Assembly: GCF_006345805.1 (NCBI RefSeq)
Contig: NC_043006.1
Span: 64,232,001 to 64,296,000, forward strand
DNA: 64,000 nt
Origin: Octopus sinensis
Lineage: Eukaryota
Reading direction: 5' to 3'
Part shown: positions 1 to 12,003 of the stretch, piece by piece
Position numbering within the stretch: position 1 is the stretch's first letter
Layout of the letters: each line of letters opens with the position of its first letter
Translations under genes and position numbers: made by a program
The notes under the pieces: model-generated
Told to the model about the DNA's origin: nothing
Seen by the model: the letters and a program-made list of their open reading frames with translations, nothing else
Database searches by the model: none

Positions 1-9
<9 letters not shown>

Positions 10-51
<42 letters not shown>
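10..51. repeat. (TA)n microsatellite
   Basis: Pure TA run at the window start. Confidence 0.95.
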
Positions 52-53
<2 letters not shown>

Positions 54-392
54 GGGGGTGTCTGTATATGTGTGTGACTGACTACAGCTCCGCAGTAAAT
101 TGCTCTCATTTGGTCATCTGCGTGTAAATAATAGCACAGCGTCTACCGCCTACGATTGTGTCATCGTAATTATTGATTTCAACTTTGTATTTCAGTTGTG
201 GGAATTCTAAAGAATTTCACTGAACGAATACACACACACACACGAGGGAGCTTTTGTATGTGAGGGATTCTCACTAGATCTGCTAGAAACAGCAGCCAAA
301 TCACACCTTAAATTACCGTATTCGAAAGCCTAAGTCACACACTGTTTTCCAAATTTAAAAAGTCACCTCGGATCCAGTATGCGAAGATGCTT

Positions 393-606
393 TGAATACT
401 GGCTTCAAATGTTGGCACACCAATTTTGGAGTAGGGACAAGTCGTTTACATAGACTCCAGTATACAACTGGTACTCATTTTATCGACGCCGAAAGAATGA
501 AACGCCGGTGGGATTTGAACTCAGAATGTATAGTCGGAAGAAATGCCGCTAAGCATTTTTTTTTCTGGTGCAGTCATGATTTTGCCAGCTTGTCGCCCAA
601 GTTGCT
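393..606 (-). mobile_element. Degenerate tRNA-derived SINE (family C here)
   Basis: Colinear with the younger copy at 4427-4645 (actggtact...tttatcgac.ccgaaag.atgaaa...ggatttgaactcagaa...gctaagcattt). Confidence 0.7.
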
Positions 607-1131
607 TTAAATATTACACGCTTTATGCACTAAAAACTTTTTTTCCTTTGAATGTGCACAGCTGTAATTGGGATGCATCTTTTATGCTCATCAAATAAAA
701 TTAATTATTTATGTCTTGGTTTTTTGAACAATAGCGTCGTCAGTTTAAGGTGTTCTAACCTCTGGTTCACTATGGTTTAAAGACCTTAAATATTTTACAA
801 ACGAATAAATAAATTGGTATTCCTTCGATATTGGCTCACTACGTCGTTCACCCATACAACTTTCCCTCATCACATAGGTAAAGAGGCTTAAGCTGGAAAA
901 AATGGTGAACGACGTCGTCTCCTCACACCGACACTCAGTAGACCAATACCGAAGGAATATCAATAACTAAATAAATAAAAATCGGATATATTGTATAATA
1001 TAGTCCCTGTACAGAGGTTGGCGATCCTTCGGTGTTGGTCGCCAAAGTGTCATTTTTAACCGAACCTCATTACCAATGCCTAAGGAAGGTTGTGTATGAT
1101 TGACGTCATCTACCAATACTGAAGGATTGCC

Positions 1132-1380
1132 CAGAAGTTTCCCTAGCATTGAACCGCGGATCATTTAATACCGGGCCACACAGACAGAATAAATTTTAAA
1201 ATTCTACTTCTTGACCATCGCAGTCTGCAGGGCGTTTTTGCATTATATATGCAATACATATATGCAATAATTGAATTACATTTTATGCATTTTGTTTTGT
1301 TATGCGTGTGATCCCTTTTCGTGGACAAACTATCTTATATGAAACCGATTCGTAGGGCAAAGAAGGTTTGGGAACCGCTG
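1132..1380 (-). mobile_element. hAT-type MITE
   Basis: End at 1366-1380 reads CAGCGGTTCCCAAAC on -, a Charlie/hAT-type TIR. The internal part is the reverse complement of the copy at ~16033-16300 (gcaaaaac.ccctgcagactg...aattttaaaatttattct.tctgtg). No TSD seen. Confidence 0.6.
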
Positions 1381-1810
1381 AAAACAAGCTTTCTGGGACG
1401 CCTTTGATCGGTTTGGTGGATAAAGATTGATATTAGGCAAACCAATGTCTCTCATGGAAATCGGGAACTTCTGTGAAACCTTTGAGAATTGAAAAGTAAC
1501 TACACAGATCACATTCTTCAATAGAATTAATATTTTAAACGTGTCCAACACCATTGCGAAGAAAACAAATTATATGCAAGCAAACTCAGTTTTGTTTTCT
1601 CAAAGAAGAGGAGAGAAAGCTAAAGAAAAAAATGTAAATCTTGTTAAATATCTTCCAACCACTTGACGTACTTCATATTTTCACCTGATTATTCTCAAAT
1701 TTTCTACACTGATAATACTTTTGTGTGCTGATGGCGAAAATCATTCTTTTTTCCTTTTTTTTTTTCTTTCTAGAAATGCATATTTAAAAAAGTTACAAGC
1801 ATTTAAAATT

Positions 1811-1934
1811 AGGAGTGACTGTGTGGTAAGTAGCTTGTTTACCAACCACATGGTTGTGGGTTCGGTCCTACTGTATGGCACCTTGGGCAAGTGTCTTCTA
1901 CTGTAGCCTCGGGCCGACCAAACCTGTATATATA

Positions 1935-2009
<75 letters not shown>

Positions 2010-2247
2010 ATATGTATGTATGTATGTGAATGTATATGTTTGTGTGTCTGTGTTTGTCCCTCCAGCATAGCTTGACAACCGATGCTGCTGTATTTACGTC
2101 ACCGTAACTTAGCGGTTCGACAAAAGTGACCAATAGAATAAGTACTAGGCTTACAAAGAATAAGTCCTGGGATCGATTTGCTCGACTAAAGGCGGTGCTC
2201 CAGCATGGCCACAGTCAAATGACTGAAACAAGTAAAAGAGTAAAAGA
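1811..2247 (+). mobile_element. tRNA-derived SINE (family A) with internal (TA)n/(TG)n
   Basis: A-box-like gtgactgtgtgg, B-box-like ggttcggtcc, then ggcaccttgggcaagtgtcttc, a microsatellite middle and the tail gactgaaacaagtaaaagagtaaaaga. Same layout as 16641-17058. Confidence 0.9.
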
Positions 2248-4426
2248 ATCGAAAGCCTCCATTCCTGGACATGCCGGAAGTCACCACTGTTTGTCACTTC
2301 AAGGTTCCATAATTTCGATTGGCTTAAATTACATAACTGTAAGTGCTCGTAATTTATTAATTTCTAGAAAAAACGAAAATGAATGCAATCTTCGTCATCA
2401 GCATGCAAAACTATATCAATATTACATTTTTAGAAATATTCAATATCTTTCACACCTCCAAAATTTACATTCGAAATCCAATTGATGTATGTTGTGCCGG
2501 CTTCGTCTATTGTTTCATCTCCTATCGATATCGAAGATGCCTCACTTGCTGCACATATAGGGGATATACGACACAGATTAGCCGCGATTCTGCTGTGGCC
2601 TGACTCCAGCCTGCTTGCGTATATTCACCGTGTGCATGTGTGCCAGTGGTAGGGTTGCTACTAACAAGGAGTGACTTGTCACAGATATCACAGTAATTTT
2701 GCTTCTCCCCTAAATGAATGAGTTTGTGTATAATTACAGTACTTCCGTGAGAGAGTGATTTAGCACAGATTTCACAACGTCATGGTTCCTCTCTTCTATG
2801 AATGTAATTCAGCAATTACTTAGATGGACATGAGTGTCTCGAGTCCTAGAACCCACACAACCGGTTGCCAGCTTACCATGGCATATAGGTGATAGAGATC
2901 ACAACATAGCTACTGAATGGGACACCAGTCATTCATTTACTGTTGAATGGACCGGAGTAACGTGAAATGAATAGTGTTTTGCACTTTCTGATCCGGAAAT
3001 CGAAACCAAGGTCTTGCAATCGTGCGAGCAACACCCTAATAACTAGGCGAGAATAACACCATCATTGAACAGTGAGTTGGTAGATTCAATTCATTGCTTT
3101 GCCTCTATTTAGTTGTGCTATTTATTGTTGACGTAGCATGATTGAACGCTGCGTCTATAATATGTAAGGAGAAATTCACACATTATCGTCGATGCTTCAC
3201 CGTGCCGAAGTAGTTAAGACCCTACAAATTCGGGTCAGAGTAGAAAGCTGAGTGCTTCAACTATGAGATGATGTCTTTTGTGTTTAAAAACATTTTCAGC
3301 AAGTACAGTAATCGATTTAATAAAAATTATGTTGATTCACTAGACTCTGATCCAACGCAAAAAATATTAGAATGATTATATGCTGTTTTAAAGTATAATA
3401 AATTTAAGTGTTCACATGTGATGCCATAAGGTCTGAAAGAGTTAAAAAAGTTAATTTGCCATGTTGAATGTCCTCTGAAAAATGGCTTTGTTTCAGAAAT
3501 TGTGTTTAATAGAATTATTTTACAATTTCGAGTATGCCCATCAGTAGCAAGCAGCAATTTTTTAAAACAAAAACCGATAAATCCCAATGATTCATGTTCA
3601 TCAGCTACAGGAACAAACCGTATTTCACAGTTGCAAGTATAATCAAAGACTTATAGCAAAGTCACTGCTACTGCAATAGTTTCGGTTTCAATACCTCAAT
3701 CAACTTCAGTAAAACCAGACAAAGAAACCGCCTCAGGTTTGCTGCTTACTCATCCGAATCAACCAATTAATTTGAATTATTCCAAGCGGAAATCGGGCAA
3801 CCAGAAGCGGTTTTTTTCAAATTTTTTCATTCAAGTTGTTTCAATTCTTTTAAATTCCTTCATTATCACCAAACATACAATCGTGTATGTATATTGTAAT
3901 TTTGATTTTCTGTGCCAAGTGTGATGAAAATTAAAAACAATAGCATGTTAGAGGTAAACAAAATGCATTTAAAAAAATCATTTTGTAACTGGAAAAAAGT
4001 TCGTTGGCGTTTTGAGGAACATCGATTCTCTGACTGTCAATCGTACTGCTATTGAAATAGCAGTGTTAATTCCTAATGTTATAATGGTAAAGAATTGTTA
4101 GACGTACGGAAACAATGCAGACAAATCAGAAATGCACAATAAAAATCAATGAGTGTTTGCAACAAAGAATAACTACGCAAGAAACTGTTAAAGAATCATC
4201 TAATAATCTAGTACAATTGAGAGGCGAGAAGGATTACGAAACTAGCACAAGTATGTTCCTTTGATGGAGCGAGGAATCTACTTAGGAAAAAATCTAAAGT
4301 GGCTCAGCGTTCCGAAAAACTTCAACCGAACGCTTTAGAAACACATTGCCAAATATATTCTTTAAGTCTAAACGCGAGGGAAATTGTAATGCAATAGCAA
4401 GATACTATCAGAAGTGATTATTACCT

Positions 4427-4645
4427 ATTTCTTTACTACCCACAAGGGGCTAAACACAGAGGGGACAAACGGATTAAGTCGATTACATCGACCCCAGTGC
4501 GTAACTGGTACTTAATTTATCGACCCCGAAAGGATGAAAGGCAAAGTCGACCTCGGCGGAATTTGAACTCAAAACGTTGTGACGGACGAAATACCGCTGA
4601 GCATTTCGTCCAGCGTGCTAACGTTGCTACCAGCTCACCGCCTTT
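4427..4645 (-). mobile_element. Young tRNA-derived SINE (family C) with 22-bp target-site duplication
   Basis: ctatcagaagtgattattacct occurs at 4405-4426 and 4647-4668. Head aaggcggtgagctgg and B-box gagttcaaattcc on -. CpGs intact. Confidence 0.9.
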
Positions 4646-4660
4646 GCTATCAGAAGTGAT

Positions 4661-5024
4661 TATTACCTCCGCCAAGGAAGGAGGGTATGTTTTCATCGGC
4701 GTTGGTTTGTCCGTCTGTGTGCAAAATAACTCAAAAAGTTGCGAATGGTATTTGATGAAACTTGCAGAAAAAGTTGGTAATGATAGAAGGAACAAATGAT
4801 GAAATTTTGGTAGTGATCCGGTAATTTATATGGATTCTTGAAGGATTTTTCATTGTTATATTTACTTTACATGAAGTATTACAATGTTACATTCTTTGAT
4901 TATCTCCCTTGAAAACACGTTCATCGTTTCCACATAACCTATGTTGGTGTTGCTGTTTCCAAAATTTATTTTCGTTTTTCTATTAGTAATTTTACTAAAA
5001 TGAGCCGCTTGGCGGAGGTTTGCG
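4661..5024 (+). mobile_element. Non-autonomous Helentron-associated (HINE/DINE-1-like) element
   Basis: Perfect 12-bp subterminal inverted repeats ACCTCCGCCAAG (4665-4676) and CTTGGCGGAGGT (5008-5019). The tattacctccgccaagg start and gtccgtctgt core match this element type. The classification is inferred from architecture. Confidence 0.6.
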
Positions 5025-5059
5025 GAGGATGACATGACAAGCCTTGACTCAAAAAGCTC

Positions 5060-5410
5060 AGGCTTTGCTCCCTCCACCGCCGTTGTGAGCCCTATATCAT
5101 TTGTATGATGTGGAAAATATTCCATCAACATTGCCTATCTTTAAAATTCGTCCGAGGCTTGGTCCTCGTGCCATCTGTCCACTACAGAAATGTTCGTGTC
5201 GTATCACAACACTATGACAGAACTATTTCACCTCAATTGGCCCTGCTCTCTTCAACATCGTGCCAGTCACACATAAAGGAGGAAAGTGACTTCATGGCAT
5301 TCAAACGATCCCAAGATGATTACCCCCCAACAAATACCAGATAAACCACCCACACCCAGATATGTCTCTGAAAACAATAACTCTCTGCTTGAATGGGCTA
5401 CGGTTCCCCA
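5060..5410 (+). mobile_element. 3' fragment of a CR1/L2-group LINE (degenerate RT C-terminus)
   Basis: Frameshifted reading ..IGPALFNIVP.HIKEESDFMAFKR..DD..QQIPDKPPTPRYVSENNNSLLEW resembles the C-terminus of CR1-group ORF2. Confidence 0.6.
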
Positions 5411-5618
5411 GAGCTGATTGTGTATCTCTTCCAAGTGGTGCTATTAAATTAGACAACTTCGGCCGAAATTTATCTAAGTAATCTAATATTTGCTGTAACC
5501 TTTTAATCAAAGCATGACAACGTGGGTAGAGGCTGATATCTTAACATTTCTGATGGTCTTAAGTATAAAAACAATTATTAAAGATTTATATAGAACTACA
5601 TTCAGAGTCTATAAGCTA

Positions 5619-8600
5619 CTAGCAGAATTGCCCGGCGTTGCTCGGGGCTGAATTGCTTGAAAGTACTGTTAATGATTGCACTGAATTATGATGATTATTC
5701 AGGCAAATATTGATATAAGTTTAGGGCGAAAGAAAGTAGTTGTAAGTGTATAGAAAGCCGTGTAATGGGGTTCCTACCCCCTCGTAGAATGGTGTAAGAA
5801 TTGAATGCGAGGTTGCCTTGAAAAGAGCCATATTATTGTTCTCATAATTGTAAGAATTTGATAGTCGTGGAAGGCGATGTAAAACGTTCGCAGATGAATA
5901 GGGTCTCTTCGTTTTCCACGAACGGCAGCGGATGTGCTGTTACAAAACTTCATGCTGTGTTAAAAGAGAATGGATGCTCTATGTAGGCAAGAGGGGAATG
6001 AAGCATGGGTAAGTAAATATGGGTAATTTATAAAATATAGAACAATAGCATCTACTCACCATATGTCAGACCGGCAAGACTGTAGTGGTGCTGAATAGAT
6101 GAATCACAACACAGTGTTGGAGATGTTTTCATTGATGGGCGTTATGATTAAATTTGTTGTTGTATAAAATGATCTGTTGCTTAGTTTCCAAAGTGTATGT
6201 TGCGAACGTGTTGTCGCTTATGTAAACTTTAACAGTGAGAGTGTAGATGTAGGGGGTAGATGTGTCATGTACGTTGGATATAGAAGATGAGGCTGGTGGT
6301 TTGATGATGAATGGATAGAAATAGAGGTGAGCGAAGGATTGGTGTTGGTTAAGTGTGAATTAATGTCATGAAACGCCTAAAAATGTAAATGCCATCATAA
6401 AAGAGAGTCGTATGTAAGTGAAATACGAACGTGTTCGAAAATGATGAAACGTAGTAATCCTATAAAACATCCTTGTACACAATGTTTTTTGTTTTTCGTT
6501 GTGGAACGAATGCGAAAGCATCACTGTTGCTGCCGACACGCGAGCAGCCAACATAAAGCTGACCATGAGAGAAACATGGCTCTCCCAAATGTATTCCCGC
6601 CACAGACAGTGTTTGACCCTGCGCTTTGTTAATTGACATTGCGAAACATGGCCTTACAGGGAACTGGGACCTCCGAAATATGAAAGGTAGGTCTGCTCCT
6701 GATGGGAAAAGATGCATCCTAGGTATGAGCACAACATTGCCTCGACCGCACCCTGTGATAATGGTGGCCTCAATCAGATTGGGAGATAAGGACTTAACGA
6801 TCAAACGTGTGCCATTGCATTGTTTTGGGGGAACCAAATTTCTAATGAGCATTATAGGGGGCACCAACTTTAAGTTTGAGAATGTGTGGTGGTAGTTCGG
6901 GGATGGCTCAAAAGAATTGAGTACCTCTATTGGATAATTGATGACGTCCACTGGGTCAGGAGTTGTATCGATAGACTTATATACATAGACATCCCCAGGA
7001 ATGAGTTTTAACATTTCATCATTAATATGGTGAACAGTTTTATTCCTCGGGCCAGAATAGCCCTTTGGCCAATCCAATCCATATTCTGATAATTAGCTTG
7101 TAGATCTGGGAACACTGCATCTCTGAGATCAGAAGGCGTTTTAACAATGGTACAAATGGAATCGATGGCAATATTACCATTTTCATCCCCTGCTATTTTG
7201 CCTTCGCCAAGTGCAAGGAGGGTGTGAGAAAATGCTGCTGATGTGATATCACGTCGCATATGAGCACGCATATTGGTGTGAAGTTTGAGAGTCTTCACAT
7301 GTGGATGACTTAAGACACGCACTTACTGCATCAGCTCTAGTCCCTTTGGGAATAACGAGAAGTGTTTGTCGGAAGTCCCCTGAAAGAAGAAGTGTTATGC
7401 CTCCCATGGGAGCTGAAGAGTGTTTGATGTCTCTGAGAGATCTATCTAGTGCCTCAAGAGCACCTCTGTGGGCTATCGTGCATTCATCCCAAACGATAAG
7501 CTTGCATCGTCTGAAGACTTCTGCCTGATCGGAGCTGTTACTGATGTTGAAAGTTGGTGTCTCAGTCTTCGCTAAGTCAAGCGGGAGCTTGAAAGTGGAG
7601 TGAGCTGTCCTGCCGCCTGGCAATAAAGTAGCCGCAATTCCAGATGATGCCACAGCTAGGGCAATGCCTTGTGTTCGCCTAATCTCGGCCAATATTAATT
7701 TGTTGACAAAAGTTTTCCCAGTGCCCCCAGGAGTGTCCAGGAAAAAATCCCCCCAGCTTTGGCCCGGACTGAATTAACAACGGAGTTGTAAGCGAACTTC
7801 TGTTCTGGAAGGAGCTTTGGCACATTGTCGGCTATGTACTCGGCAAGCTCATCAACATTAAAACATGTCTCATGCAGCAAATGTGAAGACAGAGTGTTTG
7901 TGCCTTCCCGGTTTGTTGAAGGTAGGCCATAGACCGGCAAGGCACTACCGCCCATATCAAGTACAGTATCTTCGATTTCAAGCAGTAAATGAGGTCAGTG
8001 TACCCGACCTCCATTGATGGATGTAGCGATTGAGCGTGACGCAGGAAATCTTCAGACATATAATCTTTGTAGGTAAGCCATAAAGAGGCGGGAATAGCCA
8101 AGTCACACCATAGTAGTAGAATAGCGAAAAGCGATCTGATTTTTTTAGAAGATTTTAACGAAACACCCTCCGCCATAGTGGCGCCCCATTGTGAATCATC
8201 CTCCAAAAGTCGACGCCGAAAACAGGCTTCGCGGAAAATATCACATAATACACCATCAACAGTTCTGATGTCTTGAAAACTTTGTGGGCCTAAAACTTCA
8301 TGGAGGAGAAGGCGCAGGTGAAAACACTCATGTTGGTTTGGAGGTACAGTGTAGACTCTTCCTAGACAACTGTTAAACTTGACACCAGGATGTCCTTCAA
8401 CATCCTGACCCGACTTCCTACGCACCCAATTGTTATTTGACCACACGTAGTAGGACGGGACGTGAGGGTATAAAAGTATTTTAGCAAATGTGTCAAGTTG
8501 GCAAAGCCTAAAGAAACCGGTCAAAGTTGTTTGTTTTGGATTTGCCGCCAATTCAGCTGCAGTTTGTTCAGTAAAGTAAGTTCGCTGGCCATTTTCCAAA

Positions 8601-8711
8601 TGAACCGAGAGTTGTATGATGGCGGGGTGCCTTTGGTGAAGTGGAAACTCGAATATCCGCCAAAAAGCTTCACCACTGCTTATGTACCGACCTGCCAAGT
8701 ACTGTGACACC
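5619..8711 (-). mobile_element. 5'-truncated Helitron
   Basis: Canonical 3' end on -: GC hairpin (cccggcgttgctcggg at 5631-5646 on +), 8-nt spacer, CTAG (5622-5619), then T. RepHel coding remnants lie upstream at 6460-8713. Confidence 0.9.
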
Positions 8712-8713
8712 AC
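6460..8713 (-). pseudogene. Helitron RepHel, PIF1-family helicase portion, frameshifted
   Basis: The ORF pieces join into QYLAGRYISSGEAFWRIFEFPLHQRHP; Walker A FFLDTPGGTGKTF (~7710-7745); AVASSGIAATLL; Walker B IVWDEC; LSGDFRQ; CNGTRL; FAMSINKAQGQTL; FSHGQLYVGCSRV. About five frameshifts; the HUH Rep domain is absent. Confidence 0.92.
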
Positions 8714-10090
8714 ACAGCCACACCTGCCCCTATGTATGTGTGTGTGTGTGTGTGTGTGTATGGGTAGATATATTATGCATGTATATATGTGTATATATAT
8801 GTGTACATATTACATGTACATCTATATATATACATCTACACATAAAATACAAAATACAAAGTTATATCTTGATATCGCTAGTGATAACAATACTCAAAAT
8901 ATATAACAGACTGGAATTGTAGGCCCGTCTCTTGCAATTTCGATCAATTGGATCTTGTCCTCCCTCTTGTATAGAAGTGTACGGCTGCAGCGAAATTCAT
9001 TTTTGAACTTTCTTCTATCGAAGGCATTTTAACAAAAATGCTTCCGTAAAGACGGTGAAAATATTGTGAATTTCCCCAAACAGGGACACAATTTAATTTT
9101 GAAACAATAACCAAAGCCCCTTCTCCGAAAGGGGGAGGGTTACGGTTTACAATTATTTAACAAATGCAACACAACAACGTTTCCCTGACGAGGAACCAAC
9201 ACACGTGATTACAATAGACAAACAGTAATAATAATAATAACAACAAACCTTTTTAATTTATCCCCATTTATGTGAATCCACCTATTCACGTTCAAGTCAT
9301 TGATGCAATTTTATACGAATTGCTAATACACACACACACATAATAAGGGTGAAAAATTGAATATTAATTTGATTAATATGAATTGAAAACCAGTGGTGTA
9401 GCATATAAGACCATAGCGGATCTTCCTCTAGCAAAAAGGATGACCAGTATTAATAACTCATCCCTGTTATATAAATATTTTCACTTTAATTGTTGCACAC
9501 TTGCAAAGAGAAAGGAGGAGAAAGTGTAGTGGTAATGGAAGGAGTGAAGCACTTGAAATGAGAGAGGCAAATCGTAAAATATCGAGTTTTCTCGAATTTT
9601 TGCTTAATTGGGGGTCAAATTGAAAAAACTTTACATGCCATGACCGAATGGAATCTACTTGGAAAAATCATAGGTAAATTCCAATTGAAGAAATTCTATA
9701 TTGAAGAATTGTATAAAAAACGAACGATTTGGGAGGCAGAGAAAATCTGCCTTTTATCATAAGAGATAAGAGATTGAGTTTAGGCCTTGTTTCTATCTTC
9801 AAACTGTTCCGTTTTGTAGATGAATTTGTTTTAATAAAGCACTTCGAAATTAGAAAAAATTCAAAAATCTGCAACAATCTCGGTGTCATGAGTATCGAAT
9901 AATGGATTTTCAGCTGTGTAAAGAAACTGATTGTGGTAATCGTATTTTTGACTGTGAGTGTGGTGAAAGCAGAGACAGTGTTGATGATGACGATGGTCGA
10001 GATAAGTATGGGAGGAGGTTGTTTTTATCGGTGTTGGTTTGGGAAATTGGGCGATTTTCAGCATACGTGTATATGGGTGAAAATGAGGTG

Positions 10091-10129
10091 CTTGGTGGAG
10101 GTCTACGCTCTCCGAGTGTTTTTCTAGTT
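10091..10129 (+). mobile_element. 3' terminus of a second HINE-like element
   Basis: cttggtggaggt (variant of the 5008-5019 subTIR), small hairpin cgctc-tcc-gagtg, then ctagtt. The 5' extent was not determined. Confidence 0.5.
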
Positions 10130-11149
10130 AACAGTAAAGAGATTGTCTCTCTAATCAAATATTCACAAATACGGAGAGATTTTATTTGGTGAGTTAAATA
10201 AAACCTGGAGGATTTTGAAAGTAAATTGACATCTGGTAGTATCTTAACTTTGAATGCAACAAGATGAACAATAAAAGTTGTTTGCTTTCGAGGAAATCTT
10301 GATAATTATTCGATGCTATTCGAGTCTTGGCAAGAATGTATTAAATCACAAACAGCTGTTGACGAATGGAGAGCAGCTGAAATTACTAAATAAGTTTTAT
10401 GACATAAGAGAAATGAAAACTCATTTAACACCTCCTACAATATTGCGTGGAAGGTGAGGACATGTCATTACGTCTCAGAAACTATATTAATACGGAAGTG
10501 AAATGCCCTTTCTTAAATAATTAAAATAGGAATCAGGGAAAGTACATTACCATTAACAACTTGAGACTATTGCAGACATGCTTTTAGTTATAATAAACTC
10601 TTTTTTTGGTCAACATTTTGACCAGATGACTTATAAAATATGTTCAAGATGGGAACTATTGCTTCTATAGAGAGTCAACAAAGAGAACACTTCATTAAAA
10701 ATCAATTTTTTTAACCCTATGCCTGTCCAAAGAACTTTCCCAAATTTGTCCTGAACGTTCATGCTTGTTTCTCGACTTTTAGTCAGCCCTTGTTTCATAC
10801 GTTTCGATTAATGTAAAGCTTCCCTTTCACAAGTTCGAATTTACTCGGGTGGTTGACGAAAATTGGGAATGTTTATCGTATGATACATGAATACAAGTGA
10901 AATGTGTCATGTGTATGACATGTGATACGCCGGATGGGTGAAGTGTTAAGGGAAAGCGACGCCAATGATAATGGTATTGATTCTTTGATATCTCGACTTT
11001 CGTATTTGAAATTTATCTGAAAGAGACTCTGATTTTTCTTCGGCGTTTCTCTGCCATGAAATGAGTGAATCATGGCAAAACCATGTAGATGACTGATGTT
11101 ACCGCTGCAATAAAGAAAATCGTCGAAAAGAAATATCAGAAAAAATACG

Positions 11150-11845
11150 TCATTTGAGTGCAATGAATTGAAATACGAAGACATAATCAAGATATTGTAA
11201 ATGTATTCACACGAATTTGAAATGCGAATTTTAACTTCAAACTGGGCAATGGGAGGATCGAACAGGTGGAACTGTACAAGTACATTGAAACCCAAATTTC
11301 TGATCAAGCCTCATGTAAGAAAGAAATTAGGACACGGCTAATCTTGCAAGAAAGCTTAATAACACCTGGAGCAGCAAAAGTGTCCCAAGTTAAAAACTAG
11401 GTTAGTACGAACGTTCATTTGGCCAATAGACATTTATGGTTGCGAAGCATGAATTCTGAACAAATTTGAAGAGAACAATGCATTTGAAACGCGGGTTTTA
11501 TAGGAAAATGTTATGAGCTTCTTACAAGGGTCATCGGACAAATGAATGGGTGTTACAAGTAGATGAAAGACGACAACTGAACATTGTGAAAAGACAAAAG
11601 TGTGTCTATTGTGGCCATATTCGAAGAAGCAGAGGTTTGGAAAACATTATAATTGAAGGAAGTGTAGAGGGCAGTACATCAAGAGGCAGGCAGAGAACGC
11701 AATAGACGGTTATTATCAAGAACTTGTTGGACAAGAGTGGAAAGGCAGCTGGAGACCTCGCGCTTAATCGGGAAAGACTTTTGTTGTCGTGTCATCAATG
11801 CGCTGCAGGCGTACGACACAAGACGACGACGACGATGACGACGAA
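11150..11845 (+). mobile_element. 3' part of an RTE-clade LINE, degenerate
   Basis: Broken frames give IEQVELYKY..SCKKEIRTRL..IYGCEA..TNEWVL..GHIRRSRGLENIIIEGSVEGSTSRGRQR, ending in a (GAC/GAT)n tail at ~11820-11845. Confidence 0.8.
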
Positions 11846-11864
11846 TGTGGATTAGTATCAAAAG

Positions 11865-12003
11865 CTGTGGTTACTTGTTGAAATTACATACGAGGTAGTA
11901 TGGCTGAGTATTTCATTGCTGATCCAGCTAAACTTGGAGGAGTTAGTCATATTTTAGAAATAGTTGAATCAGTTTTTAACCGCCGGAAATATGTTGGTCA
12001 TTA
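11865..12003 (+). mobile_element. Merlin/IS1016-like (ISXO2) transposase remnant
   Basis: NYIRGSMAEYFIADPAKLGGVSHILEIVESVFNRRKY resembles the LGG.G..VEIDES.F..RKYN motif around the first catalytic Asp, which is mutated here (D to V). Confidence 0.55.

Noticed and set aside
1721-2485. ORFs with YIYIYI, CVCVCV, HTHTHT or LSLSLS runs (also at 8.6, 16.6, 25.4, 35.1, 35.7 and 38.8 kb)
   Set aside because: They are translations of dinucleotide microsatellites inside SINEs, with no coding signature.
3300-3930. Possible hAT transposase remnant (KRKSGNQKR)
   Set aside because: Only one short motif-like peptide; no further transposase motifs or TIRs could be established.
9175-9200. CTGACGA hammerhead-like core
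   Set aside because: It sits in the loop of a small hairpin (gtttcc..ggaac), with no downstream GAAA or stem III.
9385-9440. Possible decayed hammerhead on - (ctagaggaagatcc..ggtct)
   Set aside because: The core is disrupted and GAAA is absent, so it cannot be supported.
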